This document shows, one piece after another, positions 55,989 through 64,000 of a stretch of DNA of 64,000 nucleotides. This DNA comes from Eledone cirrhosa. Lineage: Eukaryota. Each line of letters begins with the position of its first letter. Position 1 is the stretch's first letter. The position numbers and the translations under genes are program-made. Below the pieces are notes generated by a model. It saw only the letters and a program-made list of their open reading frames with translations, was not told where the DNA came from and ran no database searches. The stretch spans positions 198,958,001 to 199,022,000 of the forward strand of contig OZ024743.1 in assembly GCA_964016885.1 (NCBI GenBank). The letters run 5' to 3'.

Positions 55989-56031
55989 ATGCTGTACTAG
56001 TTTCAAGCTTGTTAGCTATCGTCAGCAACGT
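55989..56031 (-). ncRNA. Minimal hammerhead ribozyme, inverted copy
   Basis: Reverse complement of 56349-56391 with one stem I difference (CAGCAU). Confidence 0.75.
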
Positions 56032-56348
56032 ATACCTTCCTGCCAGATAGTTGAACGTCCGAAAGTATATACTTTCCTTATGCATATTAACGGCTGAGTA
56101 TATGTATGTATATATATACATACTACTGTACGTCTGTATACATATATGTATGTACGTATACATACTTATATTTAAGTAACAGCCGTACTAAGAGTGGGAA
56201 ATGAATTTTCGTTTCATTTTTTCCGTTTATCTTTTTCGGTGCACCCGGCCGATTAACCGACTCGATATGCAAATTGGGCTACTCAGCCGTTAATATGCAT
56301 AAGGAAAGTATATACTTTCGGACGTTCAACTATCTGGCAGGAAGGTAT

Positions 56349-56391
56349 ACGTTGCTGACGATAGCTAACAAGCTTGAAACTAGTACAGCGT
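56349..56391 (+). ncRNA. Minimal type I hammerhead ribozyme (family D) with palindromic stem III
   Basis: ACGUUG-CUGACGA-uAGCU(aaca)AGCUu-GAAA-CUAG-UA/CAGCGU. Confidence 0.8.
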
Positions 56392-56667
56392 TCCTTTGTC
56401 AGTGTTGAACAAATGAGCAACGATGGTTGCTAGACACTTTACAGCTTAATTCGGGATGTTTGTTTACAAACACACCGAGCATTATAATAAATGTTCGCCG
56501 AATCCATACGTACATATATATATATATATGTGTGTGCATGTATGTATATATATGTATACATACTACTGTACGTCTGTATACATATATGTATGTACGTATA
56601 CATACTTATATTTAAGTAACAGCCGTACTAAGAGTGGGAAATGAAATGTCGTTTCATTTTTTCCGTT

Positions 56668-56700
<33 letters not shown>

Positions 56701-58133
56701 GTTTTCGACGGACCAACTCCTAAACAAGAAAGATGAACTGGTTACTGCATGTAAACATAGATTGCGTAGGACTTACCTCGCCCTCAAACCCCATAATGAC
56801 CCGGGGGGGGGGGGGTAGACTAGGGCTATAACACCCCACTTGCCGATTTTGCAATGGGTAACCCCTGCTTGCCAAGGGAGACGTAAGATCTTCTTTGTAT
56901 TCTTTTATCGCTTCCTTTATTTCCTTCCTTCCCCCCTCTCTCCTTAGTCCTTCTACCCCAGCTCTTCTCCTTTGTCGGCGTCTTTTCTCGCCCACCCGAG
57001 GCTGCCCTTTGGCCCCTTGTAGCCTTAGTACCCCCATCCCCTCCCCTAGTCTAGGATAGATTTGGCGGACTCCGCCCTTTATAGCAGTTGGTTTAGACCC
57101 CGGATACTTGTCCCCTTTTTCCGACCGCTCCCACTACTCTCTGTGCCCTCTATATTTCTTAGTGGCACTTATGCCTTATTTTTTCGTTTCAGTATTTCTT
57201 TCTTCGCTTTTCTTTTGGGCGGGGTGGATTCTGAATTTATTCTTCCGTATTCTACTTTTACTTCGTACGAACTTTCATGTAGCTTGTTTTAGATCTTTTA
57301 GAGTTAGCATTAGTATATATTTTTCTCGGGACTCAGAATTATTATCTCGTATTAGTTCACTTTGCTGCACTGGGTGGTTGCCGGAATTGTGCCCGGGATG
57401 GAAACCTTTATTGTTTATTTCGTGGTAGTCTCTTTAGTATTTTGGCCCCTTTTGTTGACCCGTCACCGTATCATTTACGTACTTATACCTCTTAAAAGGG
57501 TCCTCGCCTATAACGTCCCACCTAGTTCTTTTACTTATTTCGTTATTTCTTTATTTCTTTCTTTACTTCTTTCTTTCTTTCTTTATTTATTTTTTCTAGA
57601 CTAACAATAGCTAGAGACCTAGGTCGTAGAATTTAATTTACTTTACTTTTTTCTTTACACTCATTTGTTTTTCTTTACACTTATTTGCTTTTCTTCACTC
57701 TCAGTATTATTTCTACCCCCCATTGTTCTACCTACCGTTCCGACTTCCTCCCCCTCCCCCCTCCCCCTCTCCTGTATCTTCTTTGACCTCATGCCCAGCT
57801 GTAGCTGGCACTACAAACGCTTGATTGGGGCTACTCCACCCCTCCCCTCTTTCTCCTACTGGCAGGTTTAGCCACCATCTCCCCTACTAATTTGCAACCA
57901 CAGAATTACTACTGATTTTTGACAATCACTTTGACCATATATGGAATTACCCCTTGAGAAGATCGGCTATTTAAATACCAGGATAAATTTTCATTTAGTC
58001 CAGAATTAGCCGTCGAAACGGCTTGAGCTCAGCTGTCGGGGTCTTACTGGTTCCTATTACCCACTCTACTACCTCAAGTATTGAGTACTTTGGTGCGTTA
58101 TGGTCCACCTGGTTCCTTACCACATTTCCTTCG
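56701..58133 (+). mobile_element. Naiad-like Penelope element 3' end, second subfamily, in (TA)n
   Basis: Starts with FSTDQLLNKKDELVTACKHRLRRTYL (as at 1099-1176). The UTR is collinear with 1190-2556 and ends ccttcg|ttat(at)n. (TA)n lies on both flanks. Confidence 0.88.
57949..58042 (+). ncRNA. Type I hammerhead ribozyme, family A, U3-A8 core, structurally intact
   Basis: ACCCC-UUGAGAA-GA(u)CGGCUA(37-nt loop)UAGCCGUC-GAAA-CGGCU(ugagcuc)AGCUG-UC/GGGGU, with predicted cleavage after C58037. Confidence 0.78.
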
Positions 58134-58518
58134 TTATATATATATATATATATATATTAGCTTATATCTCTATTTATTTACTTGTTTCTAATACGTAAAC
58201 ATCTCAATGAAAGGACAAGATATATTTATAATTTATCTTCTCAGAAATGTATTAAAATATATTAAATTTGGAATTGCTGATGTTGTATCCTGAGTGGCAG
58301 AAACCATTTTTGGGGTATTATATAAGTTAAAACCCACTTTTATAGCCGATATGGCATACAAGTTTAATACATATATATGTGTGTGTGTGTTTGTGAGTGT
58401 GTGTGTGTTAAGTGTTTCCGTGGAAAAGGCAAAGGAGAGAAGAGTACTCTATGTATAGTACAGAGCTATTTAATTATGTAACAAACAACACAATATAATT
58501 ATTATAATTACGAAGATT

Positions 58519-58700
58519 GGGTGGATTGGCAGTATCGGTAGAGGGTCGGACGCCATGCTTTCCAGCATAGTTACGTCCCTTTACGATCTGAGTTCAAATC
58601 CCGCCGAGGTTGACTTTGCCTTTCATCCTTACGGGGTCGATAAAATAAAGTACCAGTAATGCACTGGGTAATTGCTGGCCTTGTGCCTAAAGTAGAAACA
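58519..58700 (+). mobile_element. Full-length SINE with 18-bp TSD
   Basis: TSD attataattacgaagatt at 58501-58518 and 58701-58718; A and B boxes present. Confidence 0.92.
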
Positions 58701-58792
58701 ATTATAATTACGAAGATTTCTATCTGCTGAACGGATTCAGGCGCGTCTATTAGAACCGTCTGACTTCGTGAAACCTTGGGTAATGGAATAAT

Positions 58793-58831
<39 letters not shown>

Positions 58832-59285
58832 CTCTTTGTGTGTGTGTTTGTGTTTGTGTGTGTGTGTGTGTATTGCAGGCATACAAACAGGCATACGCAC
58901 AGGCATACACACACAGTCATATATGTATAGTTGAAGAAATAACACAAACACAGGTATGCAAATCCAAAGTGTTGTTATGATCACGCTTATGAGGAAATAG
59001 TGGAGATTTCGACATATCAGGCAGAATTCTTTCGTCAGGAAATGGAGAGTTCAGAAAGAGAACAGATAGGCAGATGAGGGTTTGAAAAAGTTTAAGAAGA
59101 TTGTGGCTTCAAGGCTAGAGGTCCGGCATTTGGGAGTGGTTACCGAAGTGTACGGTCCAGGATTAGCAAGGGTGTGCTTGTGTGTATTTCGATTGGTATG
59201 CATGATTGCTTGTGTCTGTGTGTGTGTGTGTGTGTGTGTACATGTGTGTGTGTCTCTGAGTCTTCTATCATTGATGTGTGCATAC

Positions 59286-59356
<71 letters not shown>

Positions 59357-59436
59357 GGAGGGGCGTCTGTGAGATTTGTGTTTTTTGTGCATGTGTGAGC
59401 ATGTGTGTATGTGAATTTGTATTATTTCTATGTACC

Positions 59437-59845
59437 TGGATTGACAGTCTCGGTAGAGTCGTACGCCATGCTTTGCAGCATAGAATTACGGTTCTATATG
59501 GTCTGAGTTCAAGTCTCGCCGAGGTTAACTTTGCCTTTCATCCTTACGGGGTCGATAAAATAAAGCACCAGTAACGTACTGGGGTCGATTTGATCGACTT
59601 TCCCTTTCCCCAAAATTACTAGCCTTGTACCTATACTAGAAATCATTATTTCTATGTACGTGGTGGATTGGTAGTGTCGGTAGAGGGTCGGACGCTATGC
59701 TTTGACGCATAGAGTTACGGCCCTTGACATTATGAGTTCAAATCCCGCCGAGGTTAACTTTGCCTTTCATCCTTACGCGGTCGATAAAATAAAGTACCAG
59801 TAATGTACTGGATAATTGCTGACCTTGTGCCAAAAGTAGAAACAA
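59437..59845 (+). mobile_element. Two tandem SINEs (long-tail and short-tail subfamilies)
   Basis: The target attatttctatgtac appears three times (59421, 59645, 59845). The first copy has an extra ~30-bp segment before the tail. Confidence 0.88.
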
Positions 59846-60221
59846 TTATTTCTATGTACGTGACGGTGTTTGTCTGTGTGTGTAACCGTTTTTGTGTGTT
59901 TCTGTTGGTGTGTGTGTGTATTTTCACACGTATGTCGAAATATTTGTGTTTTATGTGTATATGCCTGTGTTATATAGTAGAAGGAAATGTGTCCTATGTT
60001 GCAGTGTGATGGGATTGAACGTTGGACCTCGTGGTGGAACCTAAACCCCGCATCCCTGCTTGCACCTTACACATTTCTCGTATTCATCCTTTTATTCTAA
60101 ACGACTGTCACCTCCTGCTAGTTTCCTCTTTAATCCCCCCCTCCTCCTATCATTTCCACTACACATCCCTCCCTCCCTTTCATTCCATCTATCACCTTAC
60201 CATTCTATATCCTCACCTCTA

Positions 60222-61027
60222 TCACCACTACATCATCAACACCACCATCACCAACACCAACACCACCGCCATCACTACCCCCACCAACGCCATCACTACC
60301 CCCCCAATCATCTCACACCCCACCGCCACCACCGCCACCACCACCATCACCACCTCTGACACCACCTCTACCACCGCCACCACTACCACCACCATCATCA
60401 CCACCACCATCATCACCACCACCACCAACACCACCACCACCACCACCTCCACCACCATCATCACCACCATCAACACCACCACCACCACCACCATCATCAC
60501 CACCACCATCAACACCACCACCACCACCAACACCACCACCACCATGATCACCACCACCACCACCAACACCACCACTACCACCACCACCACCATCATCACC
60601 ACCACCATCATCACCACCACCACCAACACCACCACTACCACCACCACCACCATCTTCACCACCATCATCACCACCACCATCATCGCCACCACCACCACCA
60701 CCATCACCACCACCATCATCACCACCAACACCACCACCACCACCATTGTTACCACCATCATCATCACCACCACCACCAACACCACCACTACCACCACCAT
60801 CATCACCACCACCACCAACACCACCACCACCAGCACCACCACCACCATCGTCACCACCACCATCATCACCACCAACACCAACACCACCACTACCACCACC
60901 ATCATCACCACCACCACCAACACCAACACTACCACCACGACCACTATCATCACCACCACCATCTCCACCACCATCATCGCCACCACCACCACCACCAGCA
61001 CCACCACCACCACCACCAACACCACCG
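60222..61027. repeat. Degenerate (ACC/ATC/AAC)n trinucleotide array
   Basis: Directly visible; it produces the spurious Thr-, Val- and Pro-rich ORFs. Confidence 0.95.
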
Positions 61028-61629
61028 TCTCTTTCTTACTCCAGTTCATCAAGATCTCTCACACTTCTCATCTCACTTTCGCTGTCTTCTCCTCCCCAAT
61101 TCCAATCCCCACCTCGGCCCAACCCCCACAACATTTTCACACAGACCCTTTCTATCATCTATCATCATCATCGCCTTCCTCTCGTCTCCTCCCCACACTT
61201 ACAATAATAATCCAACCCCCCACATCACCGTCAGTGATACTCCTCTCACATACACTTCTTACATTTCACGCACTCATCTCGCTCCTTTACACACACATAC
61301 ACACACCTTTCTTTCCCTTTCTCACACCACCACTCTGCCTCCACTCTCTCTCTTTCACTCTCTGGCCCCCCTCTCTCTATTTCACACACTCTCTTTCTTA
61401 CTCCTCCTCCTACTTCTACTTTTCCAGTTGCTATTATTTATTAACGTCCTGTTGTGCGATATCATTCCTTCAACTCTGTAAAGGAGATCTCCCTCGCTTC
61501 AAACAACACCATTCCTCACTAAATAGGACTCCAAACTAGCTGTGTGGGGGGTTGGGGGGTGGGGTACATAATAAACACAATTATGCTGTTTCTGTTGCTA
61601 TTTATTGCTGCTGCTATTGCTGCTGCTGC

Positions 61630-61731
61630 TGATGATGATGGTGGTGATGATGATGATGATGATGATGGTGATGTCGATGATGGTGGTGATGTTGATAATT
61701 ATAACGATAATAATGATGATGATGATGGTTG

Positions 61732-61787
<56 letters not shown>

Positions 61788-61806
61788 ATGACGATAATGA
61801 TGATGA
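61630..61806. repeat. (GAT)n microsatellite
   Basis: Directly visible. Confidence 0.95.
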
Positions 61807-61889
61807 AGATTACTTAATTAGCGCAACTGGGGATCTTGGGTGATAGACGTTTCATAATCGATGAAGTCGACCTCATAATTGATGACTAG

Positions 61890-62040
61890 TGAGTTCAAAT
61901 CCTGCTGAGGTCATCTTTAATTTTCAACCTTCCGGTTCAATAAAATAAAGAAAAATCCCAGTTAAATACTGGGATCAATATAATCGATATTTACCTAGCC
62001 CAAAATTGCTGGCCTTGTGCCAATGCTAGAAAGAATTATT
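61890..62040 (+). mobile_element. Diverged SINE (long-tail subfamily)
   Basis: gagttcaaatcc...aattgctggccttgtgccaatgctagaaagaattatt. Confidence 0.75.
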
Positions 62041-62144
62041 GCAGACAAATATATATTTAATCAACCCCAGGTGACATGAAAGTTTGACTTTGATGGCAAT
62101 TGAACTCAAAACATTTTAAAAAGTCATCGTCATCGTTATCATCG

Positions 62145-62198
<54 letters not shown>

Positions 62199-63015
62199 CC
62201 ATCATTATTATCATTATCATCATCATCATTATCATCATCCCTTTGTTTCAGCATTCCATGCTGGATAGGTTGGACGTTCCATATTTGGCATGGTTTCTAT
62301 GGCAGGATATTCTTTACAATATGTACAGAGTGTATTTTATCGTACCAACAGATCTAGCTCTTTATAAATTACACTCTGTGCATTTTATCGTGGGATTAGT
62401 ACTAAAACTTTACAGATTGTTCTGGGTGTTTGTTATCATGGCATTAGCGATGAAACTTTACAGATTGTACTGGGTGTATATTATCCATAATGTGAAAGCA
62501 TAAACTATGGATTCATATAATGGAAATTTCTATATAATCTGCATTTTCTGCCACAAGATTATACTTGCAGTAATAATATTAAAGCCTAGCCCGGACACAA
62601 CCGACATATTGGGGGAGGACAAATACTATAGTTTATCACGACCCCAGTACTTGTCAAGAACATTAATTTACTGGCCTAAGAAGGACCAGAGTTAAAGTTG
62701 GCTTGAGCAGAATTTGAACTCAGAACGTAAGTAAATACTGCATATGGTTTAGTCTACAAGATTGCTGATTCTTAGAATCTAAAGTGAGGTGAAAAGCACA
62801 AAGTCCCACTTGTGAGGTGGAAGTGTGCATCCAATAATCCTTCCATTGTCTTATTTCTTATAAAAGACAGCCTACAATTTTCAAATAAATTTGAAAATAA
62901 GGAAGAATTTGGCAGGAAATAAATATTACTTATTTAGGCACATGGGCAAGAGGATAACATATAAAGTTAGCCTCGATGGCATTTGAATTCAAAACGTTAA
63001 GAGCTAGTATAAATA

Positions 63016-63275
63016 CTAAAGTCTTTCTCGAGCTTGGAAACTCATCAGGCCGGTGCTTATCCCGGTTTCCGTGGCATGAAGCGACTGAGAGCACAGGACT
63101 CCTCCCTGGACAGGATGCCAGTCTATCGCAGGTTTAAACCCCCAGCTATTGTTGGTATTCGTTTTAAGCTGAGTATACTGGAGCAATGTGGAATGAGGTC
63201 TTTTGCTCAAGAACACAACACACAATCCAGCCCAGGAATCGAACCCACGACGTTATGATCGTAATTCCAACACCC
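63016..63275 (-). mobile_element. Second SINE family (CORE-type, tRNA head)
   Basis: Minus strand: B box gggttcgattcc, gtgttcttgagcaaaagacctcattccacattgctc, cctgcgatagactggcatcctgtccaggg, and tail gcttcatgccacggaaaccgggataagc. A related tail lies at 7121-7195. Confidence 0.72.
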
Positions 63276-64000
63276 AACACAGAACAAATACTGCCAGATA
63301 TTAATCTGAGACTCTACCAGTTCTGCCAATCCACTTTCAATGATTATTTAATGGTTTCTAATCCAAGCACAAGATCAACAATCTGGTAGAAGGGAAAAAT
63401 CTATTAGATCGACACAAGTACTTGACAGGTACTTTGGTATATCGACCTCGAAAGGAAACTAAGCAAAGTTGTCCTAATATGAACTAAAGAGCTGGAACAA
63501 ATACTGCTACGCAATTGTCCGCCATTCTAACAGTTCAGCCAATCCATAACAAGAAATAGGTTTGACATATATTGAAGAAAACCTTAATAACAGAAATGAA
63601 ATACTCCCATTGAAAATAACTTACACTTGAGCAAACAACTCTGCAGTGACGAGTCAAAAATGGAGCTTCTATGATAAAAATAACCACTAAATCTCCATCA
63701 AATGAAACCTTTCCATTTATAAGACACATTAATTAACATAATTCAAGAAACGCTCAAAATGATGAATTGGCCATATTTGGAACGCTTTTCGTTATAGATT
63801 TACTCGACTAACCCTCGAAAGACCAAGTCGATTTTAATGAAATTTCAGCATGAGATCTCGATAAATAAAAGTAAATAGGCGAAGGCCTGTAGTCTGGTAT
63901 GAATAAAGTAAAAATATTCCCGTAAAGAATCATTCCCACTTGAGTAAATTATATTTTTGCTGAAGAAAACAAACTTATTTATAAAATCAAGCAAGCATGG

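Larger units (their letters stand above)
55776..56670 (+). mobile_element. Retrozyme-like element: 440-bp unit in partial tandem with inverted 5' copy, in (TA)n
   Basis: 56101-56230 repeats at 56541-56670 (period 440). 55776-56100 is the reverse complement of 56280-56614. It contains a minimal HHR and has no credible ORF. Confidence 0.82.

Noticed and set aside
59010-59045. Minus-strand CUGACGA...GAAA
   Set aside because: Stems I-III cannot be formed convincingly.
60022-61539. 505-aa Thr-rich mucin-like ORF
   Set aside because: The frame stays open because of a degenerate (ACC)n array and pyrimidine-rich flanks. It has a non-ATG start and no domain, and overlapping frames are equally open.

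Overview
This is AT-rich, microsatellite-dense eukaryotic DNA. The SINE sequences and repeat spectrum suggest a cephalopod (octopus-like) genome, which is an inference. No intact host gene is recognisable, and nearly all supplied ORFs are microsatellite artefacts. The window is a patchwork of mobile DNA in five groups. (1) Two copies of a Naiad-like Penelope (PLE) 3' end (a GIY-YIG remnant the ORF track misses, plus a long UTR) and six short fold-back derivatives, all in (TA)n tracts. (2) At least four distinct type I hammerhead-ribozyme (HHR) motifs found by eye. Two families use the compensatory U3-A8 core (UUGANAA) instead of CUGANGA, and two sit in non-coding ~440 bp and ~600 bp terminally repeated, retrozyme-like units. 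(3) A ~15 kb nest inside (ATT)n sequence: SINE - Tx1/L1 element - SINE - antisense Dong/R4 element - second Tx1/L1 element. The two Tx1 copies share a near-identical ORF2 but have strongly diverged ORF1/5'UTR modules. (4) More than 15 tRNA-derived SINEs that insert at ATTATT. (5) Remnants of Helitron, RTE, CRE, CR1/L2, piggyBac, hAT and Tc1/mariner elements. All structures and alignments were read manually; none were computed.
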